IMG/VR virus record: IMGVR_UViG_3300029775_000009 | Location: 1-36,221 of that record | Reading direction: 5' to 3' (one strand) | DNA from: a virus | DNA length: 36,221 nt | Shown here: positions 1 through 8,469 of the stretch, one piece after another | Numbering within the stretch: position 1 is the first letter of the stretch | How the letters are laid out: each line of letters begins with the position of its first letter | Position numbers and translations under genes: made by a program | The notes under the pieces: generated by a model | Seen by the model: only the letters and a program-made list of their open reading frames with translations | Told to the model about the DNA's origin: nothing | Databases searched by the model: none

Positions 1-773
1 CTGGCTGGTTTGGCAATGTGTGGAATGCTATCCTAGACCATTTTAAGCCAGATATGATTTCAACTAGATTCGAGAACGCCTGGGGCGCAATAAAAAGCGC
101 ATGGGGCGGTGCGGCCGGTTGGTTCCAGGGCGTCTGGAATGGCATTAAGGGTGCATTTAAGCCGAACATGATTTCCAATGCGTTTAGCAACGCTTGGGGC
201 GCCGTAAAAAGAGCATGGAATGGAGCCGGTGCATGGTTCGACGGGATATGGAAATCCATTGAGAACGGATTTAAAAATCTTAATCCTATCCAGTGGGGCA
301 AAGATTTGATGAACGGCATGGCATATGGTATAAAATCAGCTGCGAATGCCGTAAAAACAGCCGTTGGGAATGTCGCGCAAAGCATCAGGTCATTTCTGCA
401 TTTCTCTGTGCCAGATGAGGGGCCATTGACAGATTATGAATCATGGATGCCGGATTTTATGGCGGGTTTGGCGCGCGGGATTGACGCTAATAAGTACAAG
501 GTCGTGCAATCTATGCGCAGCCTTGCCACCGATATGTCAATATCACCGGCAGTGCGGCCTGCTTATGCTGGAGGCTATGCAGCGCCGCAGATAGCCGTTG
601 CACCAACTATTGATAATGCGCCATTAGCAGTGGCAGTCAAATACCTTGCGGGTAAGATGGACAAAATAGCCAACCGAGATATCGTACTGTACACGGATAA
701 TATGAAACTCGCGGAATCCGCGAACCGTGGCAATGCGCAGATTGGCAAACGCTATCACAGGACGCAAGGCTAA
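1..773 (+). CDS. Tape measure protein, C-terminal part (continues 34438..36221 across the circular junction)
   Basis: The frame is open from base 1 (codon phase 3, 6 ... 18). Bases 1-79 equal 36143-36221, and position 18 corresponds to 36160, which is in frame with the ATG at 34438. Gly/Trp/Ala-rich internal repeats are present (AWGAIKSAWGGAAGWFQGVWNGIKGAF and AWGAVKRAWNGAGAWFDGIWKSIENGF). The gene lies directly upstream of the distal tail genes. Confidence 0.8.
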   Translation, partial: GWFGNVWNAILDHFKPDMISTRFENAWGAIKSAWGGAAGWFQGVWNGIKGAFKPNMISNAFSNAWGAVKRAWNGAGAWFDGIWKSIENGFKNLNPIQWGKDLMNGMAYGIKSAANAVKTAVGNVAQSIRSFLHFSVPDEGPLTDYESWMPDFMAGLARGIDANKYKVVQSMRSLATDMSISPAVRPAYAGGYAAPQIAVAPTIDNAPLAVAVKYLAGKMDKIANRDIVLYTDNMKLAESANRGNAQIGKRYHRTQG

Positions 774-785
774 GGAAGCGAGAAT

Positions 786-1145
786 ATGGACATTAAATCA
801 ATCCAAAATTTAATAATCGATGGCACTGAAATAGCAGAGCAAGCGTTTGTAACATGGGGCTTACAAAGTATTTTGAGTAAAAATTCAGGGTATACGTTAG
901 ATGGTGCATATCATGAAGACCGCGTGGCGCAGAAAGTCAAGCTTACGTATGAATGGCCACAAATTTCCATGCAGCAGAAAAGAAAAATCGTACAGGCATT
1001 AGCGTCTAAGTCCATACACGATATTACCTATTTCGATGTGCTAACAAATGCCCAGCGAACGTCAAAATTCAGAGTGTCCGACCCAGTTATACCTGTAATA
1101 TATGAATCGGCTTCCAATTTTTCTTTGACGTTTGACGAGAATTGA
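786..1145 (+). CDS. Small tail component in the position of the distal tail protein
   Basis: 119-aa ORF with RBS GGAAGCGAG, 13 nt after the tape-measure stop. The call is by position only; it is shorter than typical Dit proteins. Confidence 0.4.
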   Translation: MDIKSIQNLIIDGTEIAEQAFVTWGLQSILSKNSGYTLDGAYHEDRVAQKVKLTYEWPQISMQQKRKIVQALASKSIHDITYFDVLTNAQRTSKFRVSDPVIPVIYESASNFSLTFDEN

Positions 1146-1156
1146 GGTGAAAAACA

Positions 1157-4090
1157 TTGATTCAGACAAGCACGGCGTACCAGCGGAAAATAGCCCTTGA
1201 CGGGCGCAGGCAGAAAGTCAGCCTGCTTGTCACGCTGCGCAACAGCTATACTTATTCATTCTCGAATGAGGACGTCATGGAAAGCGGGATATCGCTTTCA
1301 GACGGCACAAGCGAGCAGAATTTGCTTAGTGTCGGTTCGTTCATAAGTAGATGCCTGACGGTCAAGCTGTATAACTTTGACGGCAGGCTCGCTGAAAGCC
1401 AGTTTGAGGGCTCAACTGTTTCCCTTAAAGTCGGGCTTGTTATGGAAGATGCAACAGAAGATTTCGCGGAAAAAGTTGAATGGGTGTACCCCGGCACTTT
1501 TTACACAGGCGAGCACGCGGAGAGCGGCGGCATCATAACGCTGACGGCGTATGACAAGTCGGTGAAATTTGACCGGAAATACGACAGCGCACTGCAGTAT
1601 CCGGCAACACTTTACCAGATACTGTGGGACGCCTGTAAAAGCTGCGGTGTTGAGCTTGCGAATGTGTACTTTGCCAACATGGATTATGTAGTGACGTCAA
1701 GACCTTCAGACAGTGCCACCACTTACGCGGACATTGTTTCTTATGCCGCGCAACTTGCCGGCTGCTGGGCGCGGATAAATAGCCAGGGACAGCTTGTGCT
1801 TGGCTGGTATGACACGGACGAATTCTATCCAGAATCTGGGAACACGGTGGACGGCGGCAGCTTTTCCAATTACTCGCAGGCAGACACCTTAGACGGCGGC
1901 AAGTTTTACCCGGAAGGCGAGGCTGTGGACGGCGGGACGCTGCTGGATTTCCCGGAGAGGGATTCTGCCGACGGCGGCAGCTTTAGCGATTACTCGCAGG
2001 CAGAGATGCTCAATGGCGGCGACTTTTTCGACTATGGACGTCAGACTGAGGACGCCGTAACCGGTGGTGTATTCCGCCAAGGATTGTCAACGCCGGTAAC
2101 AATTTCTTCCCTTGCCTCCTGCACGGTGCCTACAGAAGACGTGCGCATAACCGGCGTGGCGATAATTCCAAAAGATGACAAGGCAGCACCTGTAATGCAG
2201 GGCGCTGATGATTATGTCATATCCATAAAAGATAATCCCCTCGCGCAGGGCAGCCTTGGGTGGCTTCTCGACGGGATAGCAAAGCAGCTTGTCGATTTCC
2301 AGTTCCGGCCGATGGAAGTGTCGGCGTGGGATAATCCGAGCATTGAAGCAGGTGACGTCGCCTATTTGATTGACCCGAAAGGAAACCGCTACAAAACGAT
2401 TGTCAGCAACCTTACATATGAATTCGGCAATTATGAAAAGTTTTCAGCCGACGCAGAATCAAAAAGCGACAATCAGGCGTCGCTGCACAGCAATTCTGAA
2501 AAATCCACGGCAGCGCTCAGGGCAGACACGGGGAAAGCGATAGACGAAACGAATGGAAAAGTCGACAGCCTCGCATCAAACACGGCCGCTTCCGTATCAT
2601 CAATCAACGGTAATATAAACCTGTTGCAGGCAAATAAAGTCGATACGGACTTCCTGCAGGCAAATTACCTTACCGCAAAGGACATAAAGGCGGATTACGC
2701 AACGGTTAACAGCCTTACGGCAGCTACGGCACGCATATCGACGCTTGAAGCTAGCAGCGTTACGACAGATTACCTGAAAACAAATTACATGGCTGCCAAC
2801 GACATCGAGTCCACATACGCAACGGTTGAAAGCCTTAATGCGACAAACGCGCGGATAGACAGCATCACTGCTTCTGCGGTGACGGCAGAATACCTTAAAG
2901 CACATTATGCCGATATCGATTTAGCAAACATCGCGTCCGGCACAATAAAAACAGCAATGATTGATACTGGAGCTGTAGGCACGGCGCAGATAGCGGACGG
3001 CAGCATTACAGATGCTAAAATCGTTGAGCTGACGGCGGACAAAATCACAGCAGGCACGCTGAGTGTAGAGCGCCTTGTCATAACCGGCAGCGACAAATCA
3101 ATAGTGTACACCATAAACGACGCCAACGGTACGGCACAACTAAGCCAGACGACGGTTGACGGCGGGAGCCTGACCCAGCGGAGCATTACCGCCGACCGAA
3201 TCGTCGCCGGGGCGATTACCGCCGATGAGATCGCGGCTCACACGATCACCGCGAACGAACTCGCGGTCGGCACAATCACGGCGGAAAGCGGCATCATCCA
3301 GAGCATTGACGCGGGGACGATTACGACAGGTAAAATATCAGCCGACAGAATCGACACGGCAAATTTGCAAGCGCAAAGAATATATAACACAGACAATGAC
3401 ACATATGCAAAAATTGGCACTGTATCATTTGAAGATCAATCTGGAATCAGAAGCGCTCCCGGTATAGCTATTTATGGCGGGAGCAAATATCATGGCGGCG
3501 TGGCAGTAACGTACGACAGCAGCTATGGCTGGTATGACTGGATAACAATGTCTGACGCTTCCGGGGAAAACCGTATTAGTTTTGGGCAAGACGCAATTAC
3601 AACGGCTTCACCGTCCAATACACTCAATATATCAAGTGGAATTAATAACATTTTTATGACAGACAATGGCACAAGTGGTGACGGAATATCAATTGGGAGT
3701 TCTGGCCCCATTTTATCGATTCAACCAAACGGGATATACCGTGGTGCTGAAGACTGGGACGATGGCACTACAAACTTCCATTATCATAAATACGATGATG
3801 GTACGCTTATTTGGTGGGGATATTCCGGGGGTAACTACGCTAATGTATCAACCGCTTATGGTAGCATATTTTGGGAAAAAGGATGGACGCTCACCATGCC
3901 CACTACCTCACCAGCATTTGTTGGCAATAGATACGCTAACGTAGCAATTACTTCCAGTGGGCTTTTAACCACGCTTAATGAGAGAGTCGGTAGTGACGGC
4001 AAGACCTTGATATTCGACATCCAAAGCCCACTGAAAGTAACCAACCTAATATTTGGATTTTCTTATTTGATTGTGGGACGCTGGAAATAA
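1157..4090 (+). CDS. Tail-associated protein / tail fibre (Tal-like N-terminus, coiled-coil shaft, C-terminal tip domain)
   Basis: 977-aa ORF with a TTG start 6 nt after GAGGTGA. It occupies the post-Dit position. Repeats DGGSFS[ND]YSQA..L[DN]GG lie at nt 1849-2030. Heptad-like repeats (DYATVNSLTAATARISTLEAS and STYATVESLNATNARIDSITAS) and ITA/ITADxI repeats are typical of fibre shafts. Confidence 0.7.
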   Translation: MIQTSTAYQRKIALDGRRQKVSLLVTLRNSYTYSFSNEDVMESGISLSDGTSEQNLLSVGSFISRCLTVKLYNFDGRLAESQFEGSTVSLKVGLVMEDATEDFAEKVEWVYPGTFYTGEHAESGGIITLTAYDKSVKFDRKYDSALQYPATLYQILWDACKSCGVELANVYFANMDYVVTSRPSDSATTYADIVSYAAQLAGCWARINSQGQLVLGWYDTDEFYPESGNTVDGGSFSNYSQADTLDGGKFYPEGEAVDGGTLLDFPERDSADGGSFSDYSQAEMLNGGDFFDYGRQTEDAVTGGVFRQGLSTPVTISSLASCTVPTEDVRITGVAIIPKDDKAAPVMQGADDYVISIKDNPLAQGSLGWLLDGIAKQLVDFQFRPMEVSAWDNPSIEAGDVAYLIDPKGNRYKTIVSNLTYEFGNYEKFSADAESKSDNQASLHSNSEKSTAALRADTGKAIDETNGKVDSLASNTAASVSSINGNINLLQANKVDTDFLQANYLTAKDIKADYATVNSLTAATARISTLEASSVTTDYLKTNYMAANDIESTYATVESLNATNARIDSITASAVTAEYLKAHYADIDLANIASGTIKTAMIDTGAVGTAQIADGSITDAKIVELTADKITAGTLSVERLVITGSDKSIVYTINDANGTAQLSQTTVDGGSLTQRSITADRIVAGAITADEIAAHTITANELAVGTITAESGIIQSIDAGTITTGKISADRIDTANLQAQRIYNTDNDTYAKIGTVSFEDQSGIRSAPGIAIYGGSKYHGGVAVTYDSSYGWYDWITMSDASGENRISFGQDAITTASPSNTLNISSGINNIFMTDNGTSGDGISIGSSGPILSIQPNGIYRGAEDWDDGTTNFHYHKYDDGTLIWWGYSGGNYANVSTAYGSIFWEKGWTLTMPTTSPAFVGNRYANVAITSSGLLTTLNERVGSDGKTLIFDIQSPLKVTNLIFGFSYLIVGRWK

Positions 4091-4109
4091 TTAAGGGGGG
4101 GCTATTAAA

Positions 4110-4631
4110 ATGGCGGTTACACAGGAAAAGATACTTATCCGGAGAGGAAATAAAAGTGATTTGGTTGTTGGCAACTTGCAACCGGGCGAGCCGGTGCTGT
4201 GCCTCGATACTGACGAGGCGGGCATTAAAACGTCTGGCGGCAGTATGCTTTGGGCGCCGATGCTGGTTGCAAAGGACGACAGCATCGGAAATACGCATTA
4301 CGAAAAGTATGCCGATGGCCGTGTACATGAGTGGGGCACCTATAAAAAGGATATTGCCTACACAGTGAAATACGGTGAAACAATGTGGTTCCATTCGGAC
4401 ACGAACGACACGTCGGTTGTACTGCCGGTACAAATTGACACATCGAAATCTTACGCGCCAAATGTGTCATTCGCCACATCCGGGATTGTTTGGTGCGCAA
4501 ACACTACAGTGCAGAATACGTCTTCGGACGGCAATACTGTCTCGACACTATATTACCGCACTGTTTCCGGTTCACAGCAAACCGACTTGCCGGTAGAAAT
4601 TCACTGGGACATATGGGGCTTTTGGAAATAA
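4110..4631 (+). CDS. Second fibre/receptor-binding tip protein, paralogous to the C-terminus of 1157..4090
   Basis: 173 aa with RBS AAGGGGGGG. HYEKYADGRVHEWG matches HYHKYDDGTLIWWG in the upstream protein. Both proteins end in ..G[RF]WK. Confidence 0.55.
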   Translation: MAVTQEKILIRRGNKSDLVVGNLQPGEPVLCLDTDEAGIKTSGGSMLWAPMLVAKDDSIGNTHYEKYADGRVHEWGTYKKDIAYTVKYGETMWFHSDTNDTSVVLPVQIDTSKSYAPNVSFATSGIVWCANTTVQNTSSDGNTVSTLYYRTVSGSQQTDLPVEIHWDIWGFWK

Positions 4632-4650
4632 TTAAGGAGGGCATTACATA

Positions 4651-5040
4651 ATGGGAATCGCAAACCGCAGGCTTGTTGAAAACATCGGCATCATGCACCA
4701 GGTTGCGCAGAAGCAGCTGCCAGTGAAAGTATCTTACGCGCTTTCGTGCAATATCGATAAGGCCGAATCGGCACTGAAAATCTATGAGAAAGAGCGGAGG
4801 AAGCTCCTTGAAAAATACTGTGAGAAAGATAAGGGCGGAAACCTTGCAGTCGGAAGCGATGGACGGTCTGCAAAGTTTAAGGACGGAGACGCCAAGGAAA
4901 GCTTTAAAAAAGACATTGAACTGCTGCTTGACATTGAAGCGGACATAAGCATAAGGAAAATTAAGCTCACCGACCTTGCGGGGACTAACTTTTCCGCGGC
5001 GGAAATAAGTGCAATTAGTGATATGATTGATGAAAAATAG
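4651..5040 (+). CDS. Hypothetical protein at the tail/lysis junction
   Basis: 129-aa ORF with a strong RBS (AAGGAGG) 9 nt upstream. The protein is charged and helical. No motif recognised with certainty. Confidence 0.5.
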   Translation: MGIANRRLVENIGIMHQVAQKQLPVKVSYALSCNIDKAESALKIYEKERRKLLEKYCEKDKGGNLAVGSDGRSAKFKDGDAKESFKKDIELLLDIEADISIRKIKLTDLAGTNFSAAEISAISDMIDEK

Positions 5041-5135
5041 CCGCTCTTCAACAGGGTGGCTAAATTTATGCGAAAAATTAGCCGGTGAAGGCTGTTTTAA
5101 GCCTCTGTTGGCCTGATTTATGGAGGGTGATGTTT

Positions 5136-5255
5136 ATGAGCATCAAAGGAATTGATGTTAGTTACTGCAATGGCTGTGTGGACTGGAACAAAGCAAAAGC
5201 AGCCGGGCTGCAGTTTGCCATGCTGCGTGCGGGCTACGGCATAATCGGAGGTTAA
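5136..5255 (+). pseudogene. 39-codon remnant of a GH25 muramidase (N-terminal strand only)
   Basis: ATG follows RBS GGAGGGTGA. The translation MSIKGIDVSYCNGCVDWNKAKAAGLQFAMLRAGYGIIGG* matches the canonical GH25 N-terminus (GIDVS..G.IDW..VK..G..FAIIRAGYG). It stops just after RAGYG, and the stop region supplies the SD (GGAGG, 5248-5252) for the amidase gene. Confidence 0.75.
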
Positions 5256-5261
5256 TACATA

Positions 5262-6395
5262 ATGGTAAAAGTATATTTAGACCCTGGGCACGGTGGAATT
5301 GATCCCGGAGCGGAGGGCTGTGGAAAAAAAGAATCAGAATGTGCACTGGCAGTTGCACGAAAAGTAATGGAACTTTTGCCGGGCAGGTACTTTGAAGCTC
5401 GTATGAGCCGAAATAGCCAAAACATACCGGATAACAACCACCCAAATTCAGACCTAAATAGACGCGCAAGAGAAGCAAATGCATGGGGTGCTGACATCTA
5501 TGTAAGTATCCACCTTAACGCTTGCCCTGGCGGACATGGCATCGAAACGTTGCATAGCGTTGTAGGTGGTAAGTCTACCGTACTGGCACAGGATATCCAG
5601 GCTGCTGTACTAGCGGCTTGCCCCGGATATACCAATAGAGGGTTGAAAACACAGCTATCCAGCGACGGCGTTCATGACCGTGTGTGCGTTATCCGTGAAT
5701 CCGCCATGCCTGCGGCGCTTGTAGAATGCGGATTTATTGACAATCCGGCGGATATGAGCCACTGGAATGCGGACAAGTTTGCACAAGGCATTACGGCTGG
5801 TATCTGCAAATACTTTTGTGTTGCTTATAACGCACCTGTTTCTATAGTGCAGAGCAACGTATCTTCACTTGCTCTTGCGCCAGCCGGTGCGGCCTATAAG
5901 CTGGATACCACAGGGACATTTGCACTCTGCTATGATGGGACTTATCAGCTGGAGGCGACATGCGCCTCCGGACGGCCGATAATCTCCGCCGGAACTGCAG
6001 GTGTTGTTGATATTACATACACACATCATGGTGGAAGCAAATATTACTATACGCTGAAAGGTACGGGCACAGTGGGGCAGGCAACAGGGCTGTATGTCAA
6101 CAAATGCAAATATTCGGCATTGGTTGTCAAAATCGTAAGTGCCTGCAAAAGCGATACAACGCAGGACTTGCAGCGTGCAGTAGGGCAGTGCTATACGGTT
6201 GGGCTTACCAGCCCTACCAAGCCAAGCGTGACGGCTGGAACTGGTAATGTTGCGACAATTGCCGGAGTTTTCTCAAACGGTTCTGGAAAGTGGTTGTGCC
6301 CAATTGTGGCCGTGCGTCCGGGTGTTACTGGCATCTATACCGAGGTCCCGGGCGAGGGAAGTCCGGTGAAACGATTTGAATTTAAGGTGGTATGA
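5262..6395 (+). CDS. N-acetylmuramoyl-L-alanine amidase endolysin (Amidase_3 type) with a duplicated C-terminal domain of unknown type
   Basis: The N-terminus MVKVYLDPGHGGIDPGA...SIHLNA...LVECGFIDN is characteristic of the Amidase_3/CwlD family. The gene lies next to the holin. Confidence 0.85.
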   Translation: MVKVYLDPGHGGIDPGAEGCGKKESECALAVARKVMELLPGRYFEARMSRNSQNIPDNNHPNSDLNRRAREANAWGADIYVSIHLNACPGGHGIETLHSVVGGKSTVLAQDIQAAVLAACPGYTNRGLKTQLSSDGVHDRVCVIRESAMPAALVECGFIDNPADMSHWNADKFAQGITAGICKYFCVAYNAPVSIVQSNVSSLALAPAGAAYKLDTTGTFALCYDGTYQLEATCASGRPIISAGTAGVVDITYTHHGGSKYYYTLKGTGTVGQATGLYVNKCKYSALVVKIVSACKSDTTQDLQRAVGQCYTVGLTSPTKPSVTAGTGNVATIAGVFSNGSGKWLCPIVAVRPGVTGIYTEVPGEGSPVKRFEFKVV

Positions 6396-6398
6396 TGG

Positions 6399-6692
6399 AT
6401 GGGCGCGGTAGACATTGGGCTGCTGATTGCGGTCGTCGGCTGTTTTGTCGGTCTTGCAGGATGGCTGTCCGGCCGAGACAAAAAAATTCTTGGGGACGGC
6501 GAATGGAAAGGGACAGTAAATACAAAACTTGATGACATCAAGTCATCCGTAAGCGGTACAAATGCGCAACTGGATAAAATGGACGGCGCCATTTCCGCGC
6601 ATGAAACGCGGATTACAGAAGTTGAATCCAGCACAAAGCAGGCGCATAAACGCATTGACCGATTAGACAAAATTGTTGACGATAAAAATTAA
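6399..6692 (+). CDS. Membrane-anchored coiled-coil protein of the lysis cassette (holin-accessory candidate)
   Basis: 97 aa with an N-terminal TM segment (GLLIAVVGCFVGLAGWL) followed by a charged coiled coil. It sits between the endolysin and the holin. Confidence 0.45.
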   Translation: MGAVDIGLLIAVVGCFVGLAGWLSGRDKKILGDGEWKGTVNTKLDDIKSSVSGTNAQLDKMDGAISAHETRITEVESSTKQAHKRIDRLDKIVDDKN

Positions 6693-6707
6693 ACGGAGGT
6701 ACATATT

Positions 6708-7139
6708 ATGAGTATTATGACAGTTATTGTGATTGCTATTGTGGCAGTCGCTATTGTAGCTGTTTGCTATACCTGTATTTATCTTGCAAAGCACGGAATT
6801 AATGTACAGGGTGGACTGCAGACGGCAGATGCAGGGCTGACTATCGCTAATACCGTAACTGACACACTGAAAGCCGCTATGCCTAATAACAAGGCCATAA
6901 GCGTAATTGATAAGGTTGTCGATTACGCGCATACGGGAGTGCAGGCAGCCGAACAGATGGCAAAGTCCGGCCAGATTACAGCTGCACAGCGTAAGGAACA
7001 GGCAAACCAGTACATCACTACTGCGCTGAATTATGCAGGCATTGAAGTAACACCGGAAATTCAGACAGCAATTGACGGAGCGGTTGAGTGTGCTGTTGCG
7101 GCACTGCCAAAGTCTAATTTGCCCGTAAAGGTAGCCTAA
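6708..7139 (+). CDS. Holin, LL-H family-like
   Basis: 143 aa with an N-terminal TM segment (IMTVIVIAIVAVAIVAVCYTCIYL) and a long helical tail with a QRKEQA...GIEVTPE..IDGAVE pattern, as in Holin_LLH proteins. RBS GGAGG. It is the last gene before a bidirectional terminator. Confidence 0.65.
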   Translation: MSIMTVIVIAIVAVAIVAVCYTCIYLAKHGINVQGGLQTADAGLTIANTVTDTLKAAMPNNKAISVIDKVVDYAHTGVQAAEQMAKSGQITAAQRKEQANQYITTALNYAGIEVTPEIQTAIDGAVECAVAALPKSNLPVKVA

Positions 7140-7154
7140 ATCAAATGATTCTAT

Positions 7155-7196
7155 AAAAATCCCCCGGTTTCCTTAATTGGAGATCGGGGGATTTTT
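7155..7196. terminator. Bidirectional rho-independent terminator
   Basis: AAAAATCCCCCG (7155-7166) pairs with CGGGGGATTTTT (7185-7196). A-run and T-run flanks allow function on both strands. The stop of the minus-strand RHH gene lies in the loop. Confidence 0.7.
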
Positions 7197-7382
7197 TGTA
7201 AGTCGTTCTATTCTTTCACGAATTGAGGTAGTAATAAATTCATTTAGTGTTTCATTATTTTCAGCCGCTAAAGCTTTTATTTTGGCTTTATATCCTTTCG
7301 GCACATAAGGGTATAGCCTGTCATATGACTTATAATTATATTTTGTGTGCGCCTTTATAGCCGCCTTAGTTGCTTTTGGCAT
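7173..7382 (-). CDS. Ribbon-helix-helix (Arc/CopG-like) regulator, divergent from the Cas-like operon
   Basis: 69 aa. YPYVPKGYKAKIKALAAENNETLNEFITTSIRERIERL fits a beta-strand/helix/helix RHH pattern. It is divergent from, and shares its control region with, the 7486 operon. Confidence 0.6.
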   Translation of the reverse strand: MPKATKAAIKAHTKYNYKSYDRLYPYVPKGYKAKIKALAAENNETLNEFITTSIRERIERLTKNPPISN

Positions 7383-7434
7383 TTTTAATCACCCGATTAT
7401 TTATTATGCACTAAAAACATTATTAGCGCAAGTA

Positions 7435-7463
7435 TTGTATATGATAACGTTATCATATATAAT
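7435..7463 (+). promoter_or_regulatory. Sigma-70-type promoter with palindromic operator for the 7486-10709 operon
   Basis: TTGTAT (7435-7440), a 17-nt spacer, then TATAAT (7458-7463). The spacer holds the perfect 14-bp palindrome TGATAACGTTATCA (7442-7455). The ATG at 7486 follows RBS AAGGAAGTGG. Confidence 0.6.
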
Positions 7464-7485
7464 AGATATAAAGGAAGTGGCAATA

Positions 7486-8469
7486 ATGTATGAAAGTGAG
7501 ATAGCTTTTGCCAGACGCCTTATTTCAGGCAGGCTGGAATTTACAGGGGAGTGTGCAGCTTGTGGTGGCGTGCTTGTAGAACCATCAACAATAAAAAAAG
7601 CCTGTGGTTCAAAATTTACAGACTATTCAGGACTAATCAAGTTTGGTGGTAATGAAATTTGTGAATCATGCGTAAAGCTCATGGATAAGAAAAATCTGTC
7701 AAAAGTAATTTACTATCATGACGGAATCTGTGAGCGCGGCAGATTTGATATAGCTTGGTCGGTAATGACAACTCCACCGAAAGGCAAAAATTTCATTTTA
7801 TCAGTACCATATTCATTTAAAAAACATCATTTGCTTTCTGCCGGAATTAGTACATCTGAAAATATGCTGATTGGAACAGATGATGGAACAGTACATTATA
7901 TTTTCAAACGCGATAAAAAAGTGCTTGAAGCTGTAAAACAATCGTCTGTTGATGGTGTACCACGGGCGCAGGTAATGAACGGCAATTATACTGCTATGAC
8001 CATGTCAAAGTTTGGGGAAGACTATATAAGGAATTTGGAAAGCATTGTAAAGGATGCGCGCGAAAGCGGATTGCTTAAATTAGCGTTTCGCGCGCTTCCA
8101 AAGCAAGAAAAAATCAAATATTGCAAAGAGGTAATAGACATGCTTGATGCTTCAGATGTAAAAGCAAGTGAAATTCTTGCACAGGTTGCATATAATTCTG
8201 GGCTTCGTGTAACGCGTGGCTTGGATTTTTGGAATCAGATTTTTCCACACAGAGTGTACAGATTCAGAAAGTTTGCATTAAATGATATGGTAAACAGGCT
8301 ATGCGAACAATTTGCAATTCCACCACAATTTATGCAGGGCATTATTGCACAGCTTGAAAGCTTGACGGATAAAGAAAGTAAGCAAATACAAAAGTCAATT
8401 GAAAACCATACTCAACTTGTTCTTGGAATTGCGTATGAAAAAGTTAAGGAGATAAAGAAAAATGCTTAA
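7486..8469 (+). CDS. Zinc-ribbon protein, candidate Cas8-like/Csf1-like large subunit
   Basis: I start this gene at ATG 7486 (RBS AAGGAAG at 7471-7477), not at the track's 7345, which would read through the promoter. It is 327 aa with C23-x2-C26 ... C40 ... C59-x2-C62 (nt 7552-7671), then an alpha-helical C-terminal half. It is the first gene of an operon whose next two genes carry RAMP hallmarks. Confidence 0.4.
   Translation: MYESEIAFARRLISGRLEFTGECAACGGVLVEPSTIKKACGSKFTDYSGLIKFGGNEICESCVKLMDKKNLSKVIYYHDGICERGRFDIAWSVMTTPPKGKNFILSVPYSFKKHHLLSAGISTSENMLIGTDDGTVHYIFKRDKKVLEAVKQSSVDGVPRAQVMNGNYTAMTMSKFGEDYIRNLESIVKDARESGLLKLAFRALPKQEKIKYCKEVIDMLDASDVKASEILAQVAYNSGLRVTRGLDFWNQIFPHRVYRFRKFALNDMVNRLCEQFAIPPQFMQGIIAQLESLTDKESKQIQKSIENHTQLVLGIAYEKVKEIKKNA

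Noticed and set aside
6399-6692. XhlA-family assignment for the small lysis-cassette membrane protein.
   Set aside because: XhlA proteins have the coiled coil first and the TM segment at the C-terminus. Here the TM segment is N-terminal, so I describe only the topology.
7345-7485. 5' extension of the first cassette gene in the ORF track (start at 7345).
   Set aside because: It would overlap the divergent RHH gene and read through the promoter/operator. A proper RBS precedes ATG 7486, and the extension translates to a hydrophobic, low-complexity string.
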